Below, piece after piece: positions 21,416 to 35,100 of a stretch of 46,760 nucleotides of DNA. The notes beneath the pieces are model-generated. The model had not been told where the DNA came from and made no database searches. It saw only the letters and a list, made by a program, of their open reading frames with translations. How positions within the stretch are numbered: position 1 is the first letter of the stretch; each line of letters starts with the position of its first letter. Position numbers and translations under genes: made by a program. Origin of the DNA: Phoronis australis (lineage: Eukaryota; Animalia; Phoronida); NCBI GenBank assembly GCA_002633005.1, contig NMRA01000073.1, forward strand, positions 1,015,513-1,062,272. The letters are read 5' to 3'.

Positions 21416-23939
21416 TAATTTCAAACTATAAAACGTGTTTTTGCCAAGTTTCACTTATCGGTACCATAGACTATAAAATTTACTCTCCAGCATTTGTTTA
21501 ACCCTGTCACTTGCCAGGAAAAGGCTTCGAAGTGCCATAAAACAATTTTGTTTTCCTTCCGTGTTAGAATAGTATCCATCACTGGTTCTCAGATTTCCAT
21601 CATATGGCCTCAGGTCGCCACGCTAGAGTTCATCAGTCCCGGATGTTGTGTTACTGGTGAAGCCCTCCACTTCCTCTCGGTAACTCAAGAATTTAATCAC
21701 CTTTTCCAGGCATGATCGTCTCCATGACAACATTCCTCTGTAGTTGTTTTCATCGTCTTGACCACCCTGCTGCAATATGGGGCTCCGTAATGCCACCACG
21801 CTGCGACTGTTTGTACTTATCATTTTGTGACGTCATAAGACTGGTAGTTATGATGTGGTATAATTTTGTCTGATGCCAGCGTATAAATATAGAACATTAC
21901 ATGGCAAAGTCGTTATGTCCCGTAATATAGAACCGGAGTGGCTTTTGTAGAATTATCGCCCAAGGGGATGAGACTGAGAATATCGTACCACGCTGGTAGA
22001 AAGCACTAATAAACAACATGTGATAAACATCTTCAATTTTACTTTCAATTAGGCTAGAACAAAATACGTACCGCGTAAGCGTTCTTCTCTTAGGTTGATT
22101 TAATGTTCGTTCAATCTGAAGACCTGAGTGGCACGAACATCGAAAGCGAGCAAGAACATTTACCACCATGCATGCCGGTGAGTTATCTGAGCTGAACTGT
22201 TAGTAAAAACCTGTTGGAGAAATAAATACACTTAAACGTCTCTAAAAGAAGGCCGCCATGCAGATCTGCCTCGTTTTACCATTTGGAAAAGTATGGACGA
22301 TAGTCTTTTCCTCATATATGAACATGTTACGATTATTTTTCTTTTCTTATATAATGTCAAATTTTCTGGTGATGATTTTTTATGAAACGAGTTCTACAAC
22401 TTTTTTGTTGTTGTAATTTGCAACTCTTTATCTCACCATGATAGAGATTGTGCAGTTATTTCCCCTTCAAGTCGTCACACTTTTTGTTCTTAACAGTGCT
22501 AAGTGGCAAATTAGACGAGACATTATGTTTATAAAGATATTCTTCACAACGTTGTCAACCGATTTCATTGTTTAACGTTCATTATGACGACAAAAAATAG
22601 GAGTTAAATCTAGAAGGCGTTAGACAGCATTATATCTGGGCGTCAAAAATCAAACATATTATATACCCGGATATACAGATGAACGTACCTTGTTTTAGAT
22701 AGATTTTATTTGCACAAGTACATTGAGAATTTTGTGTAAATCTTTGAATTGAAACGAATTGACGTTTTAGTATAAGTGTACATTCTGTCTCCCCTTTGAA
22801 AACGCTGTGGTTAGTAATACTTAGACTTAACCGAAATATCCCAATGAAAGACACGAATGTCAATTTTGAAATTCTGCTATATGGAAGCCAGGAGTCCGAT
22901 AAAATACTTGGTATGTAGCGCCACCTGGGGTTTATCACTCGGCGAATGAAGATCTCGGAGCTGGCTACCCCAAAGACGATTCTGGCGTACGCATAGGAGG
23001 GGCATTTCTCTTCAGTGGCATGGCGGTGCGGATTTCAGTTTTACTCTGCTGGCGTTGCCTGGCTGGAAGAATTGTGTATAGTCGCCTGCGTATAGTGGCC
23101 CGACAATCAATGTAAGTTAATGGGTTCTCAATATTAAATTTTGTTATTTTGCTGTAGAACTTACTCATTGAAGTATCTCAGGAGTTTTTATCTAAGTTCA
23201 CAAAATAATTTCGCTGTCAGTAGTGGCAATACTCAAGTTTCATCTCTGAGCTGTGTTTAATTGATAATTTTTTACAAAATCACTCTATTTGAACTTCAAT
23301 TCATGCCGAGGGTTTTTTGTTTAAAATTGCACTTTGCTCTGGTTGGCCCGCCAGTGTTGAAATGTTCAGGCTTTGGTAGAATATTTACAACATACCACGC
23401 TCATTCATCTGATGTTGAATTCTTACCTAATGAACCAGTAAGTCGAGTCACAAGTAATGCGTATATGCGCCATTTTCGCATCCGCACAACGTCGACCAAC
23501 ACCAATAAGTATTGAAGCGCTTTCTTGAATCGATGATGATTTTTATGTTCTTGTTGGTATAATCAGGAAGAGATATCTCTTTCTGGTATTATGAAATTAG
23601 GCCGGTGTTATGAAAGTAAAATACAATCAATTTTCGGTTTCAGCCACTAACCCAAACAAACATAAATGCAGTTACAGGATAATTGTTGGGTGGGATAGAC
23701 TTCCAGGAAGTTATTATCTTTGAACTGAGCCGATTTTATCAAAATAGTCAATTCTCAACGTTGACAATCGCTGAAATCAGGTCCGGTGTGTTTACCTTTT
23801 GAATACGCTTAAAATACTTTGCTACTTAAGGTTATGTTGGACACTATAAAATGGCCAAATTTGACTGACTTTTGGTTTGGATGTCATATCTCAGAGATGA
23901 GTGACCGGAGTCTTGTGAAACTTTCAGATATTATGATTT

Positions 23940-24300
23940 ATGCGCTGTTCTTTAAGAAAAACGCAGAATGGTTTTTAAAATGTTCCACTTTTGCAAAAAT
24001 AAGACTTTCATGATTTTCATGAAAAGTGTTTAAGGTTACTTAGAACGAAAACGAAATTATATTTTAGAAAACTGTGACAGCAAATTTGATATCTTACCTT
24101 GAACATTTACATCAAATTTGATCATTGATACTATTGTTCTGTTCTCCATATAGCTTTCTTTTTCATAAATTTTACTAAAAAGAGCTGGTCACGTGACACA
24201 GCAGATTGGTTAAAAGTCAAAAATCAAAATTTTAAAGTTTTGTACTTTCAGAAAACATGTACTTATACTGAGTTAATCTAGAGTTTTCTAGATACTTTGC
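23940..24300 (+). repeat. Dispersed repeat family A, copy 1 (approximate ends)
   Basis: Shared blocks ATTTTAGAAAACT..ACAGCA, ATCTTACCTTGAACATTTAC, GGTCACGTGAC, CAGATTGGT, TTTCAGAAAA recur at 28540, 35880 and 45590. Confidence 0.75.
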
Positions 24301-26076
24301 TGAATGCACAGACATGTCGATAAGGCCCTACACAACCTTTAACCTCGTGGGGTTGAGATTAATCCGCGGCACAAGAGTTCGGCTCAGTGCTACTGCGGAG
24401 CTGAGTGTGTTACATTCTGCGCTACTGCTATTTTCAGTAAAATTACTTTAGTCTTTCCGAGAATGTCCTGCCAACGTAACTGTTTATTTTTACGTGAAAT
24501 TGTGGCTGAATATTGTGTATTTTAAAAAAAGTACAAAAACAGTAAGTTATTGTTTGAAAAAAGGCCATGCGAAGTTTTTGAAAGGAGTAACAGTGTTTTC
24601 CAAAAAAGGATTTTTTAAGGCATCTAAAATTCCTGTAAGAAAAGCTCTTTTCGTTGCTTTTACGCAAGTTTTGAGTCGTGTAATTAACATTCTATGTATT
24701 GAAATTGTATTTTGGAACAACACGGAAAAGCCACCAGCCTTTCTAGCTTCCTCAAGATTCCCAGCAGGAGAAAATCCAATTATCTCGACGAGTGATAGCC
24801 GTGAACATCAAACAGTAGTAGGAAGACATAGAGTACTCGGTCTTTCCACTCCCTTACCTCCGGATAGGTATTAGAGGAGCGCGTACGTCTATATGCGAAG
24901 TAAATTTGTACAAAATATGTTATTTCGGATATAGAAGGCTCGTGGCTTTAAATACGAATATGTGTCGTTTCACACTACGAGATATCAGAGGCCGGTCGAC
25001 AAAATCGGGCCTCCCGCATATTAGGATTCACAGCTCCTCAAGTTTGATCCGCGTTAGAAAACATCTCCAACATGCAATCTTCCCACTCGTATGTTTTGTG
25101 GTAACGCATACTTAACTGTGAGCTCTTGCGTTTTGTGCTTGACATCCACTGAGCATCAGGTGAGTGTTATGCACTCTCTATGACTATTTTTGCAGGTTTA
25201 CCGGTTGTTTGGTTAAGTTGTGTTTAACTACCACCAGCAACGTGAAGAGCAATATAAAACCATTTTGACATAACTAAACGCTTAAAATTGCATTTCCTTT
25301 GTCACTGCTGCGAAAATCGAAAAATTAATCTAATTCACTTTATCTCATACAATCGGTAGCCTAATATTACTTATGAGTCTTTTACCAACAAAAATCACAA
25401 TCAAAGTGACTCCAGAGTACGCCGGTCGCTTCAAACCTGGTGTTTCATGTTCAGGAGTTCATGTCAATCCTCAAATAGTTCATAAATTGCCTGTAACTTG
25501 ACTGAGCATTGGATAACAGTCAATACTGTTGCCCGACTTCCGCAAAAACGAAGTGACATGATTGGGCCTAGTGAAACCGCTAAAAGCAACACCAAGCAGT
25601 AGTTGTTAAAATGTACCTGTCCGTGTTTTTCGAGGCTCGGCATTTTTACTTAAGGAAAATACGAGCGGATCCCGTTGGCTCGACCGCCGTTCATTTTCCC
25701 GGTCGCCGAATTTCAACAGTGCTGAATTCCCGCCCCCGCCACAGCGGCGTTACAACAACCAGCGATTAAAATTGACCTCTCAGGTATCAGTCTCATTAGA
25801 GTGCACTTTGACTCTCGGGTATTGTCTTGGAAGGCTTTGGTTCAGGTTGAAAACAAAAGTCTAGATAACTGAGTGTTTTTTGCTTATTCTGGCTGTTGGA
25901 TGTTTGCCGTGGGGAAAGTGTTTGGATCAACCGCGAGATGGCAGTGCATGAACTTAGAAAGTTCAAGGAAAACTTGACCGCGAAGTTGGTATTGACAGCG
26001 TTTAGTTTCTTCCTTTGTTATGTCGTGAATCAAAACTAGGGACCGGGCTCTATGTTTTCTGTGTTTCTTGTTTATC

Positions 26077-26194
26077 ATGAATGGATATGGTGGTAATTTT
26101 AGGATGCCATCGAAAGCCACCTTCTTCAAGATGGGGCTATTTGCTGTCGGATTTCTTCTTGTTTTGGTCGTGTACCAGACATCTTGGCAGGAAG
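26077..26194 (+). CDS. Sulfotransferase first coding exon (cytoplasmic tail plus signal anchor)
   Basis: ATG at 26077 (or 26104), hydrophobic GLFAVGFLLVLVVY, donor AAG|GTAGGC. Confidence 0.7.
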
Positions 26195-29100
26195 GTAGGC
26201 TATTTCATTTATTTTCTGTTAGAGCGTTCACCGTTGCGGCCAAGCTATTTCATTGGTTTGCTAAATATAACATTTCTCGTTAATTTGTGTTTTCACAATT
26301 CAGTGCTTTGCAAACAAATGTGATTTGACTGTTACCGAAGAAAAACAAATACAGTTTACATTATATAGGCCTATAATATATTTAAAACTACGGCTTCTGA
26401 AATGTTGAACTGCTGCGTGTCTCAGACCGTAATTTACGTCACCAAGAAGACTGCCTGGCACTCGGATTTTGCAAAAAAGAAGCAGTTATTGCATTTTTGT
26501 ACATTATGTTGGTACTACTGACTTATATCTTTGACTGTGAACTTTTTGTCAAGGCAGGTATCGGCATTAGGTGGAGTATTCTGATACTCACTGATGTGAA
26601 TGGCTTCACCTAACTTGACACGTTGGTCAATAGATATCAGATTACAAGATGTCTTTCTTTCACACTGCTGTGAACTGTAAACATTCACGTTGGTGCATTG
26701 TGGTGGGCAGAGTGTATTCCCTAATCTTATGGTGGTCTACTGTGTTTATTGCCTCATATTGTGTTTATTAAATGAGCTGAATGTAAAAATGTTTGAACTT
26801 GCTTTGCTCTGTTGTTGTTTAAACATGCTTCTTCAAGGAAAATACACACAATTAGGCTATACCCTATCTTCTCAGAGATAAATTCTAGGCCATCTGGTAC
26901 ATGGTGTACCAGGCATGCACTGAGTATGTGCAAATGGGCCCACTGCATTGACCACCCGAAACCATTTTTATGCTTTATTAATAGAGTTTAGAACTGAGTG
27001 AGGAACTAGGGACCTGACTTAAGGGTCTAGTGGTGTGATCCAGTGGGACTTCATGTCCTGGACATGCCCTTTAAATAGAATTCATCCACCAGGACTGGTT
27101 ATATCCACATTCTTTCAAGCACGGCTTCTATATGTGAGTTAGTGGTATGTAAGCCATGCTGGAAACTACTTTCCAATGAAAAGCTCAAGGCTTGGATTTT
27201 CTTGACAAAATAGCTACTACTTGACCAATTTTAAAAATTCAAGAACCCACATAGTGTATTTTTTACCCTTCTATTAAGATTTTATGGTTTACTTTGGTTT
27301 TATGTCCAAAACGAAAGTGGAAAAGTAGCTTGGATGCTTTCCTTTCTGACAAGAAACAAACATTATTACCCTCACTATGGGACCTTTTTAAAAGAGTCAC
27401 TCTATTGATGACTAGACCTTACTGAGGCTGAAATATGGCTAAAACTGGTCCAGTTGACCACACGGTATTGGAAAACTTAGAAAGATTTCTCCAAATCGAT
27501 CATTATAGATCTCTTATAAAAGGGATGTTTACAGCATGAGAACCCAGAAATTTGAGTATTTAGGAAGTGGATACTTATCGCCTCTAAGGGGTGCTGCCTC
27601 CTCCTCTTGGAGATATAGGTTAAGAGATTTTTTAATGAACAAGTTAAAAGGGATCAAAAAAAAATTCTTATCGTTATCATTTAAAATATGGGTTAAACGA
27701 AAATAAACAAAAAGCAAAAACGCTGTTTCAGCTCCAGACTGAAGCGATTTTCTAAGATCATATTATCTAGTCTGTTGTGAAGCATCTTAAGATCTTTTGT
27801 TAGAGCTCGCAAGTCAAACCAATTACGCCCTCTCTTGGTCAACAAAACAGAAATGATGACACTGTTTTTCGCTAATGAGACTTATCGTATTTCTTAAAAA
27901 AAAATCGATTTCAAAAAATTTTTTTTGGGGGAAGTCAAACAAATTGAAAAATAAGAAGTTTTAGTCTACAATAGTTTAATTTATTTCATCCAGTAAGTTA
28001 TTGTCCTGAAGTCAGCGCTAATGGGGCAATTGCCCTGCTATACACTGAAGAGACTAGGTCTGTGTTCCAATCTATGTACAAAACTATTGAGCAAGTACAC
28101 TTGGCCGCAATAGGGGCAAAGTTTCTCATGGTTCTGCTCAAAGTGAAGTACAAAATATAAATAGGGATGGCTGTGCTGTCAAGAGAAAGATGTTCATTAT
28201 TTCGAAACTCACGACTATACTACTAACCCTAATTCATGATCAAAAGCAATTAGGTCCTCTGGTCCCATCCTTCCGGGGGTCCTCTACTACAGTTGTGGAG
28301 GGTTTGCCACTGGGACAATACGATACCGATCCTTTAGACAGCATCCAGATGAACCCCCATTCCAATTTGACCCATTTATTGAGAGTTTTTATGAAAAAGT
28401 TATGTGACAGGGTCCCCTTTCTAATTTCACTGCATTCTGTGGGCATATTCGGGTTATGGGATCCTACAAAAACGGCCAACTTTAGAACATCATGTATCAG
28501 AAACGGCAGATTGGATTCAAATGAAACTCTTATACACAACGCTTTATGCACTCTTCGAAAAATTGCTGTTACGAATTTTTTTAAAATGGTTCACTTTTGC
28601 CTGAGGGACTATCAGAAATACAAAAACGAAATATTTTAGAAAACTAACAGCATTTTTAATATCTCACCTTGACCACTTACGTCAAACAAAATTTGACCAT
28701 GTGAGTGATATCATCGTTTTGCTATTAATGTACCACTCTTTTTTGCTAAATTTTACACAAAAACATGATCACATGACCCAATTAACAACAGATTGGTAAA
28801 AAATCAATTTTTACAGACTTACTATTTTCAGAAAATATACTTCAGGAGTTAAAGTGTTTTAGTTTTCTGTTGCCTTTTAAGACTTACATAACCTTCAGGT
28901 CACTCCAATAAGTGGCAATGTGTACAAGTCAAGTAGCCCTATTGTGTATTGGTCAAGCAGGTTACATAATACATGTTGGTCCTCATCAACACAGGAAAAA
29001 CAGTAGCAGTCTGTGGATTAGTCCTCTTTCCTTCTGGTGTAGTTAACAGATTTTTGCCACGCAAATAATGCAAAGGTTTAATTTTCAATAACGAAATTAA

Positions 29101-32100
29101 TTTTTTTATAGTCTGCAGTGTCTACCTCTTTTGCCAAATCACCTGAAGGATTATTGACTAAACTGGCAGAGGTATTCCTTATGGGATAACCACGGCTGAC
29201 ATTGATTTTCAGACAGGTTCAACTGTTGTGGCGCATCATAGTGACAATTTTTGTTGTCTCCGTGGCTGTAAGATCCTTAATTCTGTGCAGGATGTTTATG
29301 AAATTGTGGCAAGTGTTTTCCTAAGTTATTGACAACTAACCGTGACAGCGCCTTTCCTTTTTGGGATGGATTTGACACCACCTTTCATTTTGGAGTTTAG
29401 TTTATTCATCTACCTCTGTATCTGCCAAATCACTCAGAGGATCCTCGTAGAACTTAGCAGACTTGCGTTGATTTTGGGATGGGTCCAACAACTTTGGTGC
29501 GTTTTTGGATCTGTGACTGTATCTCCTATGTACTGGATCTTTGTGAAATTTGGCGATCGCCGGTATTCCCATTAACTTGACAGCAAATAGATGGATCCAT
29601 GCTAGTGAAATGTCGTTCTTTACATTTACCTCAGAGTCTGTATCTCTTGAGTTCCTTGATGGATTTTCAAGAAATGTGGCAAATATTTGCTACTGGGAAT
29701 TCGACGGTGCCTTCCAGTTTTGCACATAGGTTTGACATATTCTGTGCCATATAGTGACCATTTTATGTTACTAATTAGTGCCTTTAGAAATGTACCATTT
29801 GCCATGCAGTGGTGGATGCATTATTATTATCAAAGCATAAAACTATCGTCAGAAATGAACTCCTCATACCCAAAAAATTGAAAACATGGTTTTCAATATG
29901 CTCCAGGGATTATAATAGCTGAAAATATGCCAAATGTTTCCATTTTCGGCGGCAGCCATATTGGATTTTGTGCATAGCAGCCACCAGAGGTTTAGCACAG
30001 TTTGTTTGCGGTGTCTTTTAGACATGTTTAACCTATCCCTAACATTGTACCAATTTGCAAAAACTTGTCACAAAGTGCGCAATTTTTATGAATTCTCTCT
30101 CCGCTAATAGGCATACACCTCCCTATTTCCCCTTCCGCTTGAAGGATCATTATGAAATAGTGCAGTGTGTTCTTAGGGTTATAAGCAACAGCAGGTTATA
30201 GCTGGCATGAGGCCCATGCATTCTGCTGTCTGTCTTATGAAATTTTAAAAATACTTGTAAATTACTAAGCTACGTAGCTAATTATAGACCAGTACATCAA
30301 GAATTTCAAATCCGTTTTCAAAATTCCTGTGGTCACTTTTTATTTCCTTCCTTCTGAAAAACTGCTATAATTTTAAAACTAGGATACTGCATTCATGTTT
30401 GGCTTAGGCCTACCTACATCTGCTGTAGCCATACAATTGGCTGCTTATCCAGCTGGGTTTGGTTATTGCACAGCCATGCATTCATTCTGACTGGACTCCT
30501 ATAAGGTTGACCTGCTGACACTAAGTAGGTGTCTTTTGATTTTTTACTGTTTGGATTTCATGGGTGAAGAACTGCAGAGGTTCAAAGAAAATTCTTGACC
30601 TCTTGAATGTTGGTTAAGTGAGTGAGGCGTTCTTGTCAGACAACTAGAATAATTTCATAGTTTTACTTTACATCAAAACTAATTTTTAAACCACTTGCGT
30701 CCAAACATTTTCAAGGATGCGAGTACTAGTATGGTTCGGCTTCCCCGATTTTCCATTTCTGAAGTCAAGATTTCTGGTCGTTGTGAAGTCTGTTCCACAC
30801 CCAAGATAGAAATGAATTTGTTAGTTACTGTATCAGTTCTGAAAATCATGTGTACAGTGTGTAAATAATTTTAAACTTTTTTTCAATACACCTGAGCAGA
30901 TAAGGATACATAAGTGGCATAAATCTGAAGATAGTTACTAGTTATGTCAGACTGAAAATTGAACGAAAATGGACGTAACTTGAGCTACACAGTACAATTG
31001 TGAGGGGATGATCAGGTAACCAGTTCAGCTAAAAGCTGCACTTGATTTACTTGGCCAGGTCGACCAGGTAAGACTTTTGATTGGTTCTTGATGACAACTT
31101 CCAGCTTAACAGACCAATCAGATGTTGGCTAAGTTTGCAGACACAGTTATCTACATCAGTTATGTCATCTGAGGATACCAGAACTGAGAACCTAATCAAG
31201 GGCATTTACTTTGTATTTAACGCTCTTCAGTTAAGCAACAACATGGAGGACTTTATTGTGAAACTACTGTTCTTTCTGGTGTACTCATAAACGTAGGATT
31301 TCAGACTTGGAAGGGGTAACTACTGTACATTTCAGTCTTGGAAGGGGTATCTACTGTAGTTCCCATAGAGGATTAGAATTTTGTAAAGTTATAAAGCATA
31401 TCGCAGTGGCGGATCTAGGATATCACAAGGGGGGCCCAACATTTTGTCTGTAAACATTTGCGCAAAGCACGATTGTAGATGCGCATAGCACCGAATGGAA
31501 ATTTTTCTGTTTTTTCTTCTAAAAATCAAGCATTTTCCTTGATTTGAAGTATTATCCAAAAAAGGCTAGAAAAATGAAAACGGAGAACGTGTCAAACAGG
31601 AAAAACCCCGATTACCACAGACTCGAACTCACGACCTGGCAGCTAGATCGAGCGCGTGTGCTTTACCACTGCACCTGACCACGCTTTATCTCCTAAATTG
31701 ATACTAAGAGACCTACTTGTTTATGGTCCACAGCGTTTGCGCGCGAAACCTACTTCTTTTTGTAATGCTTATTACACGTTTTATATTTTGTGCAATCAGT
31801 TCGTAACAAATTAGTTGTATTTAAAATAGTCTTCAAATGCCCAAAAGACCAAATCCGTTTTTTGTGTTGGCATTAACATGTCGTGAACACATCCACTAAA
31901 ACAAGAAACTGTAGGAACACCGCATTTATCCACCTTCACTCTTATCAGGCTTCTATTGTGAGTCAGCATGCGTGAATAATTGGCTGATAAGTCACCTCTG
32001 GAACTACTTTGGGCTGAATGGATGACCAGGCCATAAAATGATAATTAGCCAAGACCAGTTACTATAATGCAACAAAGAACAAGTAATAATGTCTTGCACC

Positions 32101-35100
32101 ACCTAGCCTTGGTGGAAAGCTGTATACTGTATTGGCTCAAACAAACGCTTAGAAAAATTCATTTCACGGGGAGGGGACGCTTATTGTAGTGAGCCTACGG
32201 NNNNNNNNNNNNNNNNNNNNNNNNNNNNNNNNNNNNNNNNNNNNNNNNNNNNNNNNNNNNNNNNNNNNNNNNNNNNNNNNNNNNNNNNNNNNNNNNNNNN
32301 NNNNNNNNNNNNNNNNNNNNNNNNNNNNNNNNNNNNNNNNNNNNNNNNNNNNNNNNNNNNNNNNNNNNNNNNNNNNNNNNNNNNNNNNNNNNNNNNNNNN
32401 NNNNNNNNNNNNNNNNNNNNNNNNNNNNNNNNNNNNNNNNNNNNNNNNNNNNNNNNNNNNNNNNNNNNNNNNNNNNNNNNNNNNNNNNNNNNNNNNNNNN
32501 NNNNNNNNNNNNNNNNNNNNNNNNNNNNNNNNNNNNNNNNNNNNNNNNNNNNNNNNNNNNNNNNNNNNNNNNNNNNNNNNNNNNNNNNNNNNNNNNNNNN
32601 NNNNNNNNNNNNNNNNNNNNNNNNNNNNNNNNNNNNNNNNNNNNNNNNNNNNNNNNNNNNNNNNNNNNNNNNNNNNNNNNNNNNNNNNNNNNNNNNNNNN
32701 NNNNNNNNNNNNNNNNNNNNNNNNNNNNNNNNNNNNNNNNNNNNNNTTTTGAATATTGCAATGCATGTGTTCCAAAATCTAAATAACTTGGGTCCTATAT
32801 TTTTGTATTAGTGCGCGCCGAATGAAAGTAATCGTGAGTGTTGCTGTGTTGCAAAATCTCTTATCCTGGGCCGATTTGAAAAATTCAAAGTTGTACTCAT
32901 ATTTGTTTTCGCTCCTCTTTTCAAATATTACAGTAAAAACTACGTAAAACTCTCCATAAAAAGTACAGTCTGCTAGCTAGATTGTAATCAGCTGATCATA
33001 TCCGCATGAGCGAAGCCAATTATCCTCGCTCGTGACTCGATGACTAGAGCAGCTTGGCGGCATCCCTTTGAGCATGAGCCGAGCGCGTCTCAGCCTAGGT
33101 GGATAAATACGGTCTACTTCAATTTTCCATGCCCCACCGTTTACCTTAATCACTGGGGTTAGGACCAATCTTATTTAGTGGGAATGTTCACAGCATGAAT
33201 GACGCGATTGCTTTGGAAATCGTCTTAAGTTCATGTTTGACAAAGAGAGAATTATGAGTTTCTGAGTGATTCACTAAGGCTTTGATTAAAATTCACATCT
33301 TACTAGCAGCTTCTGTTTTTTCATCGTCACTCAGATTCTGTTTTCTTTAAAAAATGAAGTAATTTTCTTCACAGCACAGTGGAGCAGACGACGGAAACGG
33401 AATCGTAGTACGCAGCGCCACTGCGGGTCGCCTGGGATATCGCTGGAGAGCCTATACTTAGACATAGTTCCGTTATGATTGCGCCGTGTTCCGAATTTGA
33501 CACTTGAAGTTGGATCTGAGCCCCCACCCCCAACACTAAAACTGCACACATTTAAATCTTGTTTTAGCCGTATCATTTCAATTACCGGGTTTAATTAATA
33601 AACTCAACATTTCCTTGCGCTCTTGCTGTTTTATTTTGTTTGCGGCAGCCAAGGGGGTGTCATTCACACATAATGGGCGTTTTGAAGTTGACATGCAAAG
33701 CCAACGAAACCAAAACAGTTCTTTGTGAACTCTCTCCTCATTCTCTCAAGTATCCCAGTTGGACTTGGTTTAAGTGAATTACACGTTTCCTACCATTCTA
33801 ATGGAGTATAAAAATCAAGAAATTTCTTCTATCACAATCTAATCTAGAATCACACTGGATTAAACTAGTCAAGCAAGCCTTAATTATGTTGGTACATAAT
33901 ACTGTGATTCAGCTGGTCAGAGCTTAGAGTTAAACAAAGGAATCAACAAGTGGAAGTTGAGACCAGTTTCTCTGAAAGTCAACCTTTTTTTTCCTTTCCA
34001 AGTTATTTGGTGAACTATTTCATACCTGCAAAGCACATCTTCTTCACAACATTAATTTGATGAAAGTCATCTGCAAATATGGGTTAGCAGCAAGCCTTTG
34101 CTGTCTATAACATAATTGCTGGATTACTTGAGCTTATCAGGTGAAATCAGACAATAAGACAGCTACAGTATGTAAACATTGGTTTGCCACTGTCAAACAG
34201 GTAAGGACAGGTGGTATTGTAACTTTCTGGAACAGTCAATCTGGATACTCATTCCACTGCTGAAAAGATTTATAGTCTTGGGTAGGAAGACAATTGTTTG
34301 ATTACCCCCCCTAAGGATAGTTGAACAGCTGAGCCCAGAATTTAGTCACTACAATAACGTTTTCTCATGTGAAAACTATTGTTTTGCCATGAGCTATAAA
34401 TATTTTTCTCACAAATATGTTACATATCACTATATTGCCCCTTTATAAGTACTATTGTTGCTGGAACTTAAAGGTGACATTTGTTATTTTGCTTTTTACT
34501 AAAGTCACTTTGGCTGCAATGTGAACACTTTCGAAAAATGGATTTTTAATTCTGAACATGGAAATAAAATAACTTTGCAAGATGTATACTGACTTTACAG
34601 AACCTTTAATGTATGTACCTATCACTCATGTACACGAGACATAAGAAGAAACCTTGTCATTCCATTATGTTGAACCAAGGACGTTTCAGGTTACAGTAGT
34701 TTTTGAGCAAATGTACAGTGGGAAGCAAACGAGGCAAATGATAACGACGTTTATGATCAATGTTTCGATTTAATAGCTTAAATCGTCATTAGGTATAAGC
34801 CATGCTCTATATAACAATAATAATCAACTTTACGCCAAAGTGCATGATACAAGTGACAAGTAGAGACATCTAGTGAAATGAGCTCAACTATCAACTACCA
34901 TAACTGAAGGCAACAACACGAAACTGATCTTCTCAAGCTCTGAAATCTAATTGAATAACCAGCAATTATCGTAACGCTTCACCTGTTGAGGTCATGACAT
35001 GGTAGATTGACTGGTCAAGCAGGATTAGTTTATAATGCTAAAGGTAGCAAAAAAATGTTCTAGCTTTTTTAAATACTGGACCATGTATCTACCACCTGAC

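Noticed and set aside
28190-28639. 149-aa ORF inside the sulfotransferase intron
   Set aside because: It has no recognisable domain and runs into dispersed repeat family A; most likely chance.
31600-31685. Functional tRNA gene
   Set aside because: A and B boxes are present but the acceptor and anticodon stems do not pair, so it is treated as a SINE head.
32164-32775. Long ORFs of about 190-200 aa
   Set aside because: They are translations of the N gap.
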